A stretch of 49,082 nucleotides of DNA from Mesotaenium endlicherianum (GCA_009602735.1 WELA01002286.1:1-49082); one strand, 5' to 3'. Shown: positions 12,665 to 25,074, counted from the first letter of the stretch. Numbers and translations: made by a program. The notes: generated by a model not told the origin, from the letters alone.

Positions 12665-13289
12665 CATTAGACACTCTTCTCTTCTTGCAGTTTCTGGACA
12701 GAAAACTAAAACTGCTACTGGTGATAGGTTTCTGCAAAATAAATTCTGAAAATTTATCTGGCTGTAGTCCATGAGTAGCCGGTAATTTAGAGTCCAAGTT
12801 TGCTCAATTCGAAGCACTGGTGAGAGAGATATGATGCTCTAAGTAGAAGGGGGTCAGGCTGCTGGCATTGTTAGGGCAGAATATGCCCTCTGACATTGTG
12901 CCCTCCCCTGAACTTGGAATGCTCTGAAACTCAAGACTCTGGTAGAACATCTTACAGCGCCCAGTTTGAGACTTGGTTTGCAGAATTTGGAGAAGTATAG
13001 AAGGACTTAAGATTTTCAGAAGTTTCTGCACAGATTTGGAGGAGTGCCTACTCTCTCAGCTCTCAACGACACTCCAGAAATGAGAATGCTCTCAAATTTG
13101 GTGACCCGGTAGCGTTTTTTGACGCGGTCCGTCTGGCACTCAAATTTTTAGATTTGGAGCAGTTCTGTGGCCGCTATGAATTTTTGAATTTGTGGCAGAT
13201 TCTGGGCCAACTTGTACAATTTTCTTTATCATTAAGGAGTAGGCTAGCCAATAAGGTCACACCACCTACGACCTTGCCTAGTCTACCTT

Positions 13290-13396
13290 ACATGTGTAGC
13301 ACCTGACTTGGCGCCTTTGACTAGTCCTCTTCACATGTGTGGCATCTGACTTGAAACCGTTGACTAGTTTGCTCCACATGTGTAAAACCTGACTTG
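13290..13396 (+). repeat. About 2.5 copies of a 43-bp tandem unit (ACATGTGT..CTGACTTG) in the 3' UTR of A
   Basis: ACATGTG at 13290, 13333, 13376. Confidence 0.85.
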
Positions 13397-13413
13397 ACGC
13401 GCCGAGACGTTGC

Positions 13414-13433
13414 TTTTTTTTTCGGGGGGGTGA
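13414..13433 (+). promoter_or_regulatory. PPT of element A (T-run plus GGGGGGGTGA)
   Basis: Immediately 5' of the 3' LTR. Confidence 0.85.
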
Positions 13434-13936
13434 TGTAGTGATTTGAGTTATTATATATTAGTTTGCATATATTTTAATGTTTTCAAATATATTTGGAGTA
13501 GTAGTGTGTGGAGTCAAGTGTGAATAGGTACTCTAGTAACTTGGTTCATGTCCTTTGAACCTTCCAAGGCATTTTCGAAGTTAGAGGAAAGACCTAGAAG
13601 AACTCCATGTGGCAAAAGTCAAATGTGCCATTTTTAGGTCAAAAGGACATGTGTACATTATTCTAGAAAGAGGTGGCAAGTTTTGGGATGTGTTGGGTGC
13701 CAACACATCAACATACACCTTCCTAGAAATTACTTATGTAGGAAGTATATAAACAAGAGCTAGAACATAGAAAGACATTCCAGAATCACTCTTGTACTTG
13801 CCAAAATCCAGAAATATATTAACTTTCAAGAAGCCATCTCTCTTTCAAGAAGCTACCACTTGTGTTCAAAGATCCTTGTCTTGAATAGATAAAGTATTCT
13901 GTTTCACTAAGTACTTTATCTACCTGTTTCACTACA
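13434..13936 (+). repeat. 3' LTR element A
   Basis: Direct repeat of 7258-7760, followed by TSD CTAGC. Confidence 0.97.
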
Positions 13937-14254
13937 CTAGCTTTGGCTTCGATGACGAGGTCGACTTCATTGGAAAAAAAACAAGACCTAGACCTCAAAA
14001 GGGAGCACCAAAAAGGAGGGGAATTACAGGACCTCCACACCAAGGGGGGGCAGCACTGGAGAAGAGAAGATTAAGAAGGTTGGCAGGCAGAGACAGTGCA
14101 GTGACAAATTGAACTGAGAGATGCACCAGATTTCTAGTTGGAAGAAAAATACCCACAATGAAAGAGAACCATGGCTCTCCTAAACATTCTTTGAGAGAGT
14201 GTGTGCTCCCGGTAGAATTTGGCTTCGGTGATGGTGGTTGAGTCCATGGCAAAG

Positions 14255-14745
14255 TATTGAAGATAAACTCTCACATGTCGTCACCTAGTCACTCACTACG
14301 ACTGTCACTTAAAGCCACCAAGGCTCTCGTCTCCATCACTTTCACAGTTGACTAAAGTGTGCTCTTTTCAAGCGGAACAAGGTCTAATCTCCGTAGAGAT
14401 CTCTATGTAGCTTGTCACGCTCTCGCTCTGTAGACCGTGTCTCGCTGTAAGTGCACGCGACACTTCTTGTGCTCTAAGCTTCACTCGCTCTAAGTGTTGG
14501 CGGCACATAGAACGCTAAGCTCCACTTGGGGTTCTCACATCACTTGAACCCGGGAGGAGCACTAACCACACGGCTCAACTCCACCCACTTGAGATCCATC
14601 ACTATCACAGTAATACAAGCTCACACACGCACACTCATACATTAGTGCACAAGGCCATTTACATGCACGTTGGCCTCCATTACTTACGTCTCCGGCAACC
14701 CTCTTCTCTTACTTCCAAGAGTGCAATCATTTGCACTTGCTTTTG
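14255..14745 (-). repeat. Copia-like LTR, part left of element B
   Basis: Reverse complement shares TCAAGTGGGTGG and GTGACTA motifs with LTR 4724-5227; continues at 20889-20985. Confidence 0.55.
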
Positions 14746-15489
14746 TGTAAGGTCATAGGTTTATAAAGTGCATTTTTGAGTATCATGAAAGTATGTTTTG
14801 ATTGTATAGTAGTGTAGAGTACATTTTTGTGGTCATTTTGATATAAAGATCATCGAATTTGGTCAAGTATTGAGAGAGTTATGGATTTCCGAAGTTTAAT
14901 TAGTTTTGAGGTCGGTTGACGACTGTCCTTAATTCGCGGTGAGCGCGACCGTCGGATTGACCGACAGCGTCGAGCGATCTGGCCCGTTAGAATGAACTCG
15001 AACCTTCACGTAAGTTCGGCTGACGCGGAGTGCCGACTAGGTCGATTTACCTAGAAGTTTCGGTTTAGCCTAGCGCGTCTAAGATAGAATATTCTAGTAA
15101 TGTCGATGCATGTATGTGGACGTCAATTCGGCCCGACACGTCAGATTAGACTGATCTGGCTTACTCACGAATATTCTGGAAGGGACGATTTGACGAACAC
15201 TTAGGAAAATCCGTAGCTTCCTCCTAGGGAGGAGCACTTAGGCAGAAAATTATAAATAGGCATAACTTCTTTGTTTCTTATCAGTTTTCACTTCTGTAAA
15301 TTTCTACGGGTTTGTAATGACAAGGCCTTTCATCCTACATCATTTGTGAGCAGTTTCCTGCTACTCAAAATGTTGAGTAATTTTCCTAAGCTTTGTTAGT
15401 GATATGCCGCTGCACTCTCTAGTATGATGGCAACTAGTTCCTTTCCTCGTGAGTCACTACGCTTCCACTAGGGCACTCTGCCCCTTTCA
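14746..15489 (+). repeat. 5' LTR element B
   Basis: TGTAAGG...CTTTCA, repeat of 20145-20888; TATAAATA near 15251. Confidence 0.97.
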
Positions 15490-15491
15490 TC

Positions 15492-15503
15492 TGGTATCGG
15501 AGC
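15492..15503 (+). promoter_or_regulatory. PBS, iMet type (TGGTATCGGAGC)
   Basis: 2 nt after the 5' LTR. Confidence 0.9.
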
Positions 15504-15526
15504 AGGGCTAGTTTGCATATTATATT

Positions 15527-16558
15527 ATGGAGTCGCAGCCGGCAGCTGGAGGAGGCGAACATGTCGAGCATGTTGAGCGCGCGGGGCAGCAGGCAGCACC
15601 AACAATGACCAGAGAGCAACAAGAGATGCAGGCGATGCTAAGGCAAATGGCAAATGCAATTGGAGGAGAAGTCTACACCCAGTTTCAACAAAATATGCGC
15701 GCGGAGGTGGAGAGAATGGTGCGAGTTGTTATGGGGAACGCCGCTTCGACGAGTTCGGCACCTGCACCTGTTGTACCACCGATTCATGTTAACCCAGTGG
15801 TGCAACCAGTTATTCCACCCGCATCAGGAGTGCGTGCGCCTAAGCCTGAAGTTTATACTGGAGAGCGTGGATCGCCGCCTGTTCATCAATGGATTTTTGG
15901 AGTGAAGAAGTTTATGGAGTATTCTGCGCTCACGCCCGACAGGCAAGTCGCCTTTGTCATAACTTTGCTGCAGAAGAGTGCTGGAGCTTGGTATGAACGA
16001 GAAGAGCAGCTGTCTGGAGTTCCTGCTACTGTTGATCAGCTATTTGAAGGCTTGAAGAGGCAATTTCAACCTATTGCACCCGAGGCTACCGCTCGAGATC
16101 TATTGGTGCGCCTTCGTCAACGAGGAAGCGTTCAAGAGTATGTATCGCGCTTCAACGAGCTGGTGCTTCAATGTCCATCCATGCACGAGTCGGAGATGAT
16201 GGACAAGTTCAAGAGGGGACTCAAGCCAACTGTGGCCAAGGAAGTGGCGCTCAAGGACCCTACCAGTCTTGGAGAAATGATGGCATTGGCAACAAGGGTC
16301 GACGCTGTGGAGTATAGTCAGAGGCAGTGGGGCAGCCACAACTTTGGAGGATATCGACACTTTGGATCTCAAGCGCCAAGCACGAGTGTTCAAGGTCCAG
16401 TACCCATGGAGTTGGGACTTGTGCAGTACCAGCGCAGGCAGCAGAATTTCAAGCCGAGAGGACCGTGCTATAGTTGCGGCAAGCTTGGACATCTGGCTCG
16501 AGACTGTCATGTGAAGGCGAAGCAACCTCAACAGCAGGAAAAAGGAGGACGCCAGTAA
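15527..16558 (+). CDS. gag: Gag (capsid plus CCHC nucleocapsid)
   Basis: 343 aa; [14 protein letters not shown] major-homology-like region, [22 protein letters not shown]. Confidence 0.95.
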   Translation: MESQPAAGGGEHVEHVERAGQQAAPTMTREQQEMQAMLRQMANAIGGEVYTQFQQNMRAEVERMVRVVMGNAASTSSAPAPVVPPIHVNPVVQPVIPPASGVRAPKPEVYTGERGSPPVHQWIFGVKKFMEYSALTPDRQVAFVITLLQKSAGAWYEREEQLSGVPATVDQLFEGLKRQFQPIAPEATARDLLVRLRQRGSVQEYVSRFNELVLQCPSMHESEMMDKFKRGLKPTVAKEVALKDPTSLGEMMALATRVDAVEYSQRQWGSHNFGGYRHFGSQAPSTSVQGPVPMELGLVQYQRRQQNFKPRGPCYSCGKLGHLARDCHVKAKQPQQQEKGGRQ

Positions 16559-19500
16559 GTCGTTCTGGGGTGTCTACTGGCGTGAAGACGAGAACTCACA
16601 AGGAGGTTATCCCCAGGAGCCTGCCGAGAAGCAAAGGACGAGACGTTGACAAGCCTATCATCGTGGAAGGAGTGGTCGACGGCAACAAGGCGAAGTGTAT
16701 GGTCGACAGTGGCGCAAGTGCAAACTTTGTGCACAAGAAGCTGGTGAAAGAGTGGCGAATCCCTGTGCAGAAGCATTATGAGCCTAAGGAGGCAATTTTG
16801 GCGAATGGGCAGAGACTCAAGTGTGGTGCACCTACGGAAGCTATTCACGTGGAAGTAGCGGGGCACCGGAGTAAGGAAGTTATGGAGCAGGCAGAGTTGG
16901 GTCACCATGAGGTGATATTGGGCCGACCATGGCTGAGGAAAGCCAACCCTCAAGTGCACTGGAGCACAGGACAAGTGAAAGTCCAAGGGCGTGATGGTCG
17001 AATGGAGACAGCGAAACAGGTGGAGGTAGATACGACCACAAGTAACTGTCTTCTGTCGAGCCTGCAAGTTAAGAAGCTATGCAGGGCGAATCAGGTGAAG
17101 GAGATGTACCTTGTTTCGGTGGCCCTGGCCAGGTCATCAGATGGAGCAAGCGTGAATCCTAACAGCCTGGGCGAATGTACATCGCCGGAGGAGCAAGTAG
17201 TGGTGTCTGATCCCCTTGCTCAGAAGGAGCAGAGCCCAACTGCTCAAGAGAAGAAGCCTGCTGAGATGCCTGCCCAAATTAAGGCGCTGTTGGAGGAGTT
17301 CAAGTGCGTATTTCCTGAGGAGCTACCTGCAGGATTACCTCCACAGAGAGCTATGGAGCACAAGATTGAGTTGGAACCAGGGAGCAAGCCACCAGTGAGA
17401 CCCGCCTATCGACAATCGTTTGCGGAGTTGGATGAGTTAAAGAAGCAGCTGACAGAGTTATTGGAGAAGGGATTCATCCGACCCAGCGAGTCTCCATTTG
17501 CAGCGCCAGTCTTATTTGTGAAGAAGAAGGATGGGACTATGAGGATGTGTGTCGACTACCGGGCACTCAACAAGGTCACCATCAAGAACAGGTACCCACT
17601 TCCACGAGTGGACGAGTTGATTGACAGGCTTGTCGGGGCGAAGTATTTCTCGAAGATCGATTTGAGGAGTGGCTATCACCAGGTACGGATTGCGGAAGGA
17701 GACGTTCAGAAGACTGCTTTCAGAACTCGCTATGGTTTGTTCGAGTTCACAGTCATGCCTTTTGGATTGACTAATGCACCTGCTACATTCATGGGACTCA
17801 TGAATAGTATCTTCAGACCCTACTTGGACCAGTTTGTGGTGGTATTTTTGGACGACATCCTGATCTATTCGAAGACCTTGGAAGAGCATGTGGAGCATCT
17901 GAGGAAGGTGTTGGAGGTCTTGAGAGATCAAAAGCTGTATGGGAAGATGAGCAAGTGCGACTTCTGTCTCAAGGAGGTCGAGTTTCTTGGACACATAGTG
18001 GGAGCTGAAGGAGTCAAGGTGGAGCAGAAGAAGGTGCAAGCAGTCAGAGATTGGCCGGTACCTGCTGATATTCATCAACTCAGGAGTTTCCTCGGCATGG
18101 CGAATTATTATCGACGTTTCATTGAAGGATTTGCCAAGGTGTGTGCACCGCTCACGGACATGTTGAAGAAGCAGGAGAAGTGGCTATGGGGTGACAAGGA
18201 GCAGCAAGCCTTTGAGAAGATTAAGGAGCTGTTGACACAGGCACCTGTGTTGGCAATTGCCAGTCCAGAGCTTCCTTTCACCATCATCACGGACGCATCA
18301 AACTTTGCAGTGGGAGCCATTCTTCTCCAGGACCAGGGCAAAGGATTGCAGCCTGTGGCATATGAGAGCAGGAAGTTGAGTCCTGCTGAGCAGAACTATG
18401 CAGCACACGAGCGGGAGATGTTGGCTATTATCCAGGCTTTGAGGATTTGGCGATGTTATGTGGACGGCCGGAAGGTGTTCATCAAGACCGACCACAAGAG
18501 CTTGGAGAAGTTTATGACGCAGCCAACGTTGACACCAAGACAGGCAAGGTGGATGGAGTTTCTGCAACAGTTCGACCACAAGATTGAGTACTTACCTGGG
18601 AAGATCAACCCTGCAGACGCTTTATCCAGGAGGTGTGACCTTGCAGCTGTCTCAGTCATCAAGGAGAATATGGACTTCAAGGAGAAGCTTCAGAGAGGTT
18701 ATGAGGAGGACCCAGAGTTTGCTGATGGTGGAGCAGCTGAGTCCAACTCGAGTATGCAGAAGAAGGACGGCATATGGTATTATGGTGATTCCAAGAGAGT
18801 GGTGGTACCTGACATCAAGGAGCTACGAGACTTACTACTTGCGGAGCATCATGACTGCTTATATGCTGGACACTTTGGAAGCGAGAAGACGGCAAGCGTG
18901 CTGAAGCGGGAATACTACTGGAGAAATATGGACAAGGACATCGAGGAGTGGATCAGGAGTTGCGATGCGTGCCAGAGAAACAAGACACCAAATCAAAAGA
19001 AGGGAGGTACATTGCGGCCCCTGCCTATTCCAGAGTATCCTTGGGAGCAGATTGCTATGGACTTCATCACATCGTTACCAGTCAGTGGTCAAGGGCACGA
19101 TGCAGTATGGGTAGTGTCTGACAGACTCAGCAAGATGGCTCACTTCATTCCCATGAAGGAGACTTCTACGGCAGCAGATGTGGCACGGCTATTCTTTGAT
19201 CATATTTTTAGGCTACATGGGTTGCCGAAGGTGATTGTTTCAGATCGAGATCCAAGGTTTACTAGCAACTTTTGGCGGTCATTGTTTACTTTGATGGGGA
19301 CCAAGCTGAGTATGAGCACTTCCTATCACCCTCAGACAGATGGGCAGAGTGAGAGGCTCAACAGAACTCTGCAAGAGGTGCTCAGGAGTTTCACTATGGA
19401 AGACCCTTCAGAGTGGGACAAGAAGCTACCAGGGTTGGAGTTTGCCTACAACAACAGCATGCAGGGATCGACCAAGCAGTCACCATTCGCTATGGTTTAT

Positions 19501-20157
19501 GGGAGAGAAGTATATCATCCAGGGAACATCTTGTTGGAGAAGGCCAAGGAGACTCAGGTTCCTACTACACAAGCTTTTATGGAGCAGATGGCCAAGACTT
19601 GGGATATGGCGAAGACGTGTATTCGGAAGGCACAACAAGAGCAGGTCAAGCATGCTAACAAGCACAGGAGGGAAGTGACATTCCAAGTGGGCGACAAAGT
19701 ACTCTTGTCCACAGAGAACCTACCTTTCACAGGCAAGAGGAAACTGCGGGCACGGTTTACAGGTCCCTTTGAAGTGCTCAAGCAGGTGAATCTAGTGACC
19801 TACAAGTTGGAACTTCCTCCAGGATGGCGTATCCATGATGTGTTCCATGTCAGTTGTCTACGGCCATACGTTGACCCGAATGAAGGACATCCAGGACGAC
19901 TACCTACACCGCCACCACCGGTCGAGATCGATGATGTATTGGAGTATGAAGTGGAGGCGATTGTCGGCGATCGACGAGTCAAGCGAGGTCAACGAGTTGT
20001 CCAAGAGTATCTGGTCAAGTGGAAAGGCTACCATGCGGACGACAACACTTGGGAGCCAGAGGCCAACTTGACTCATTGTAAGAGTAAGTTGAGACGTTAT
20101 CTGCAGAATGCGTCGAGGACGTCGCATCTTGAGAAGGGGGATGATGTAAGGTCATAG
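16474..20157 (+). CDS. pol: Pol polyprotein (PR-RT-RH-INT-chromodomain), -1 frame relative to gag
   Basis: 1227-aa open frame: [55 protein letters not shown]. Confidence 0.97.
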   Translation: MRQAWTSGSRLSCEGEATSTAGKRRTPVSRSGVSTGVKTRTHKEVIPRSLPRSKGRDVDKPIIVEGVVDGNKAKCMVDSGASANFVHKKLVKEWRIPVQKHYEPKEAILANGQRLKCGAPTEAIHVEVAGHRSKEVMEQAELGHHEVILGRPWLRKANPQVHWSTGQVKVQGRDGRMETAKQVEVDTTTSNCLLSSLQVKKLCRANQVKEMYLVSVALARSSDGASVNPNSLGECTSPEEQVVVSDPLAQKEQSPTAQEKKPAEMPAQIKALLEEFKCVFPEELPAGLPPQRAMEHKIELEPGSKPPVRPAYRQSFAELDELKKQLTELLEKGFIRPSESPFAAPVLFVKKKDGTMRMCVDYRALNKVTIKNRYPLPRVDELIDRLVGAKYFSKIDLRSGYHQVRIAEGDVQKTAFRTRYGLFEFTVMPFGLTNAPATFMGLMNSIFRPYLDQFVVVFLDDILIYSKTLEEHVEHLRKVLEVLRDQKLYGKMSKCDFCLKEVEFLGHIVGAEGVKVEQKKVQAVRDWPVPADIHQLRSFLGMANYYRRFIEGFAKVCAPLTDMLKKQEKWLWGDKEQQAFEKIKELLTQAPVLAIASPELPFTIITDASNFAVGAILLQDQGKGLQPVAYESRKLSPAEQNYAAHEREMLAIIQALRIWRCYVDGRKVFIKTDHKSLEKFMTQPTLTPRQARWMEFLQQFDHKIEYLPGKINPADALSRRCDLAAVSVIKENMDFKEKLQRGYEEDPEFADGGAAESNSSMQKKDGIWYYGDSKRVVVPDIKELRDLLLAEHHDCLYAGHFGSEKTASVLKREYYWRNMDKDIEEWIRSCDACQRNKTPNQKKGGTLRPLPIPEYPWEQIAMDFITSLPVSGQGHDAVWVVSDRLSKMAHFIPMKETSTAADVARLFFDHIFRLHGLPKVIVSDRDPRFTSNFWRSLFTLMGTKLSMSTSYHPQTDGQSERLNRTLQEVLRSFTMEDPSEWDKKLPGLEFAYNNSMQGSTKQSPFAMVYGREVYHPGNILLEKAKETQVPTTQAFMEQMAKTWDMAKTCIRKAQQEQVKHANKHRREVTFQVGDKVLLSTENLPFTGKRKLRARFTGPFEVLKQVNLVTYKLELPPGWRIHDVFHVSCLRPYVDPNEGHPGRLPTPPPPVEIDDVLEYEVEAIVGDRRVKRGQRVVQEYLVKWKGYHADDNTWEPEANLTHCKSKLRRYLQNASRTSHLEKGDDVRS
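20131..20144 (+). promoter_or_regulatory. PPT of element B (GAGAAGGGGGATGA)
   Basis: Immediately before the 3' LTR. Confidence 0.88.
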
Positions 20158-20888
20158 GTTTATGAAGTGCATTTTTGAGTATCATGAAAGTATGTTTTGA
20201 TTGTATAGTAGTGTAGAGTGCATTTTTGTGGTCATTTTGATATAAAGTTCATCGAATTTGGTCAAGTATTGAGAGAGTTATGGATTTCCGAAGTTTAATT
20301 AGTTTTGAGGTCGGTTGACGACTGTCCTTAATTCGCGGTGAGCGCGACCGTCGGATTGACCGACAGCGTCGAGCGATCTGGCCCGTTAGAATGAACTCGA
20401 ACCTTCACGTAAGTTCGGCTGACGCGGAGTGCCGACTAGGTCGATTTACCTAGAAGTTTCGGTTTAGCCTAGCGCGTCTAAGATAGAATATTCTAGTAAT
20501 GTCGATGCATGTATGTGGACGTCAATTCGGCCCGACACGTCAGATTAGACTGATCTGGCTTACTCACGAATATTCTGGAAGGGACGATTTGACGAACACT
20601 TAGGAAAATCCGTAGCTTCCTCCTAGGGAGGAGAACTTAGGCAGAAAATTATAAATAGGCATAACTTCTTTGTTTCTTATCAGTTTTCACTTCTGTAAAT
20701 TTCTACGGGTTTGTAATGACAAGGCCTTTCATCCTACATCATTTGTGAGCAGTTTCCTGCTACTCAAAATGTTGAGTAATTTTCCTAAGCTTTGTTAGTG
20801 ATATGCCGCTGCACTCTCTAGTATGATGGCAACTAGTTCCTTTCCTCGTGAGTCACTACGCTTCCACTAGGGCACTCTGCCCCTTTCA
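20145..20888 (+). repeat. 3' LTR element B
   Basis: Direct repeat of 14746-15489, followed by TSD TTTTG. Confidence 0.97.
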
Positions 20889-20985
20889 TTTTGCGTACTT
20901 AACCCGTTTGCTTGTGGCTACCTACCAACTCACGTTTCACTTGAGCCTCAACTACTCAAAGTGCCTATCACTAAACACATCAACA
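20889..20985 (-). repeat. Copia-like LTR start, part right of element B
   Basis: Reverse complement TGTTGATG..ATAGGCACTT resembles TGTTGTAAATAGGCACTT at 4724. Confidence 0.55.
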
Positions 20986-21110
20986 TTCTACGTGAACACC
21001 ACACAAATAAACACATGAGTCCATTAAGGTGACCTAAGACTCAATCGACTCGCACACTTCGACATCAACAAGATATTGTGAATGCACAATAGTATTACCA
21101 CCCAACTCAA

Positions 21111-21377
21111 TGTAATGAATCAATATTATTCGAGATATAATTTTCATTAAGAAAATATTAGTTAACTAAGTTCATTAAGTTGACCTCTAATTTACAGTAA
21201 TTCAACTGGACTTTTAGTCATATTCTCTATAGTGACTTAGTTGATAGCAGCAGGGTGAAGTGTGCTTAAATCAGCTTGCCGACACATTCTTTCACAGCCA
21301 ACTGATTGCCTTACACGGTAAGCAGCGAACTGCCTTCTTCTGCTACTATTATGTGATATGCTGATAGAATGGCCAGA
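21111..21377 (+). repeat. 5' portion of a family D LTR, opposite in orientation to D1
   Basis: Begins TGTAATGAATCA; aligns with 36703-36960 and the reverse complement of 21815-22081. Confidence 0.85.
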
Positions 21378-22081
21378 TGAAATGAATTGACTTACTTATA
21401 AGCAATAAATAATTAATGAAAGATCTTTACATCAGCAAGTAATCTTCATGGTGCTTTTAATCAACAAAGGACCATACAACTAACAGTAAGCAATATTCAA
21501 AGTCAAATACAAGTAACGTGCATCAATCATGCAATTAGTGTACTCATGCATAAGCAAGGTTAGTAAGCAGTTTGTGTAACGGCTTGTAGTCTTCGATTTG
21601 TATATTCTCTGAGTAATCTGTACAAAGAGTTGGCCTCGTTTCCACATGCCGAAGTCTGTAGCCTTCCTTAGCATATGTACATGGAATGAGTTTACGGTTG
21701 AACGATAAGTGTGATGGCACCACCTACTCGGGACTTAAGCACGTCGACTGGACCTCAAGTAACCAAATCCACAGCCATCTCCCATCATTCCAAATAGCCA
21801 TCCACTTATGGCATCATCTACCCTTTCTACTAGCATCTCACACAATAGTAGCAGAATAAGGCAGTACCTGATTACTGTGCAAGCCGGTCAGTTGGCTGTG
21901 AAAGAATGTGGCAGCAAGCTGACTTAAGCGCACTTCAGCCTGCTGCTATTGGCTGAGTCGTTATACTAAACATGACTAAAAGTTCAGTAGACTTACTATA
22001 ACCTAAAGTTCAACATACTGAACTTAATTTTCTATTGTATTTAAATGAAAATTATATATATCATATTACTGATTTAGTACC
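21378..22081 (-). repeat. 3' LTR of D1
   Basis: Homologous to 39844-40524 and 36703-37412; ends ..TTTCA; preceded on the minus strand by PPT-like GAGGGAT. Confidence 0.85.
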
Positions 22082-22182
22082 ATCCCTCGAACTTGTATTG
22101 TTGTCGCCTCGACAACACTAAATCGAATAGCGAGCTCTAACGGGGCTAATAGTACCAATCTCCCTCCGCCAACTTTCTTGCT

Positions 22183-23691
22183 TCAACACCATTGTCTAAC
22201 TGTGGGGATCACAAATGGCAGTAAACTGCCATCTCCACCCTCGGCCCACTACCTTTGTGGACTGCAAAGAGAAAGACCCTCAGCGAGGCTTTACTGGAGG
22301 ATGGTATTTGATGTGAGGGAGATGTTCTTGAGGCTCCAGGATCAGGAGACTGAAATTTGGACCTAGACCTGGACAGCCTCTTAACTCTGTCAGGTGGCCT
22401 TCTAAAGATTCTTGCCTGCTCCAAAGTAGGACCTTGAGGCAATCTTAGGACTGCAGCCAGCTCCTCCACCACCAGAGGGTTAACACCCACATAGACAGGC
22501 AAGCCAGTTGAATGCTGAAAGACATTGGCAAGGGACACATTTTCTTGACTAGAGGGGGTGGCTGCTACTCTCTGCGAGCCCCTCTTTTGAGTGCTCTGTC
22601 ATTGGGAGACTTCTGTCTCTCCCTGCTGCCGAATACAGTCAACTCCGCCTCTTCCTCTACTTGGGCAGGTGGGCTGGGAGACCAGATCCAAAATACAGTT
22701 GCTTCCACAATTGGACTCACTGTCCATCCTGCTGGCCTCGGTCCCCTGTGAGTCCTTGTTTTTGCCTGTCCTTGAGTCTCTTGGGTTCCAAAAGTGGATG
22801 CCTCTCCTTAGCCTTGTTCTTGTTTCTCCTCATTTTTGTGATCCTCCTCAGAGAGTGTTGGAGTCTCGTCCACGAGGTCATCTTGTTCCCTGGTAGTCAT
22901 GGAAAAATCTACTGATCGTCCTTTCTTAGGACGAGCTGGACGTCGTTTGGCCTTCAACTTGCTTATGTCTATCCGATTTGCATTATTTGCTCATTTGACA
23001 AAAGCATGCTTTATCTTCAAGAAGAAGTCTCGCCCTCTCCTCTTGAAGCCCTTGGTCGCTCAGTTCATGTTACTCATACATCCATTAAGTCTAGGGTCCC
23101 AGGGGGCTATATGAGGTGGCAGGATGAGGTAACCATCTGTCCCATAGTGGAAGTTGTCTGGGTGGGCCCGTTCACACTCCTATTTCTTGTTTGTGACAGC
23201 CAGCCACCTCCAATCTGCTGGGTGTTGGTAGTACAGTTGCCCATGCTTTGCCTTTGTCAGCTTGCAAGGAAACCAATGGAGAGCAAAAATCTGCTGCCCT
23301 GTTCCTTTTGCTTGGTACTGCCAGCTCCTTCTCCCTACCTCATTGTAGGTTGGCAACAGTGCGTGGTAACATACGACATCCTTGAAACTATCTGGCCGCA
23401 TACTGACCATCTTGATAAGTCTCTGGATTCCCACTATGCCAGGTACTGCTACTGGGCTATCTTCTAAGTTGTTTGAACAGTTTTGAGCCTGCTCTGTTGT
23501 ACATCCTATCATCTTGGCACAGTCTTTGTAGAGGACAAGGCGAGTGCGTGTCTTGATATACTTGTCCTCAGCCTCCGACCCTACCTGCTGCAGCACTGTT
23601 TGCTGGGCAGTCTTGTCGATATACTAGGCCACCAGTAATGGTTACTTCAGGTTATCAAAGGTTTGGCCTCCCACTAGAGTGTTACTATAAG
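22183..23691 (-). pseudogene. D1 ORF3, central and C-terminal part (unknown protein)
   Basis: Fragments 23180-23596 and 22209-22538 match D2 ORF3 (LIKMVSMRPDSFKD, YNEVGRRSW, LANVFQH, GPTLEQ). Confidence 0.85.
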
Positions 23692-24333
23692 CAGGGTTAC
23701 GCCGTTTGCCTGTTGGCTTACTTCGCCAAGTGCGCAAGTTTGCGTAGTTTGGAGTTCAGAAAAAATCCCAGTTTGCCTAGTGCGCCAAGTCGCGATGATG
23801 TCGACGTCATGTAGCTCCGACGTGAACGTTTGATGTCGGTGGCACGTGTAAAAACACAACGTCATGTCAGGCGGTTATTTTTTTCAAAATGGCTAGGTTT
23901 TTTTTTTCATGCACTTTCGGAAGTTTTCATTGCCTGCTGTTCAGCGACGAGTCTCAAGGGAACTTGAACTCTTGACATTTGCAACGGACGTTACAGACGG
24001 GCTTGAACCCCCGCCACTTGTTTCTGGGGGCGTCAACTTACCAAAGTGCCACACATGATTCCACAGTATCCGTGACGTGAATTGAACTCCACAAAAATTG
24101 CTCTCTCCTTTGTTTATGTATGAAAATAAGACCTGCTGTCACTGACGTGAACGGGCGCAGTGACGCAAGCAGACGCGGTTGATCCCTCGTCACCGGCTAG
24201 AGGGAGCGCAACCTTACCAAAGGGCCATAGAATGAACTTTACTGAAGCAATGCTATTGTTTTATGTGTAAGTGAAAAAACTGGGGACAGAGACTGGGTGG
24301 GAATATTGAGAGGGCCGCTTGGCAGCACCTTTA

Positions 24334-24820
24334 TTTGGTACGTCTTAACGACTTGACTACTTTAGACATAAGATGTCAAAACACTTCTTCATCATATTCA
24401 AGACTAATAAGATTTAGTAAAGATAATAAAAACACCAACACTCATAATCAAAAAACACATAAGAATTAAGAAGAACTTATGAATTGCCTCTTTGTGTGAG
24501 AAAAGGCAATTTAGACTTAGCAAAAAAAAGTGTAAGAAAACACAGAGAGGGTTGCTTCGCGGAACATATTTTTGGTACTTCTTAACGGCTTGACTAGTTG
24601 AAACATAAGATGTAAAAATAGTTCTTCATCATAGTTCAAGCTAACAAGGTTTAGTAAAGCCTAGAAAAGCACTGACACTCATAATCCACAAACACATAAA
24701 ATTGAAGAAGAACTTATTAATTGCCTCTTTGTGTGAGAAAAGGCAATTTTGACTTTGCAAAAAATGGTGTAAGAAAACACTCGGAGGGTTGCTTACCAAA
24801 GGATTTTTTTTTGGTACTTC
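24334..24820. repeat. Tandem duplication of a ~237-bp unit inside hAT1
   Basis: TTTGGTAC restarts at 24334, 24571 and 24810; the units align. Confidence 0.85.
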
Positions 24821-25074
24821 GTATATACTTAATCAACTCATACATAAGGCTTAGGAGTATCTTTGCTTCTTCATTGGATATAATAGGCTTATTAAACAAG
24901 TATGAAGAAGACTAAGCCTCTTAACAAGCATGTATTAGAAGTAAGAAGTACTAATGAATGCGACATTTATAATTTAAGAGTGAGCAAAGGCTTAGTGAGA
25001 AGAAATGAGTTCGACAAGAATTCTGAGTACAAGCTAATTCTATGTACAAGCTACCTGACAAACACTTCTACTAT

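Larger units (their letters stand above)
7258..13936 (+). mobile_element. Full-length Ty3/Gypsy chromovirus, family A
   Basis: Two 503-bp LTRs (about 6 mismatches), TSD CTAGC at 7253-7257 and 13937-13941, PBS, gag, pol with chromodomain, PPT. Confidence 0.98.
14746..20888 (+). mobile_element. Intact, recently inserted Ty3/Gypsy chromovirus, family B
   Basis: 744-bp LTRs (about 4 mismatches), TSD TTTTG at 14741-14745 and 20889-20893, PBS, uninterrupted gag and pol, PPT. Confidence 0.98.

Noticed and set aside
9107..20127. Numerous short antisense or alternate-frame ORFs within the pol genes
   Set aside because: Shadow ORFs of long coding frames with no recognisable motifs
21111..22081. Foldback/MITE or DIRS-like element with long terminal inverted repeats
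   Set aside because: Other copies (36703-37412, 39844-40524) show the unit ends at ..TTTCA (21378); the left arm is a separate LTR fragment
23995..24230. Functional tRNA genes
   Set aside because: Only A/B-box-like motifs; no complete cloverleaf or acceptor stem could be built by eye
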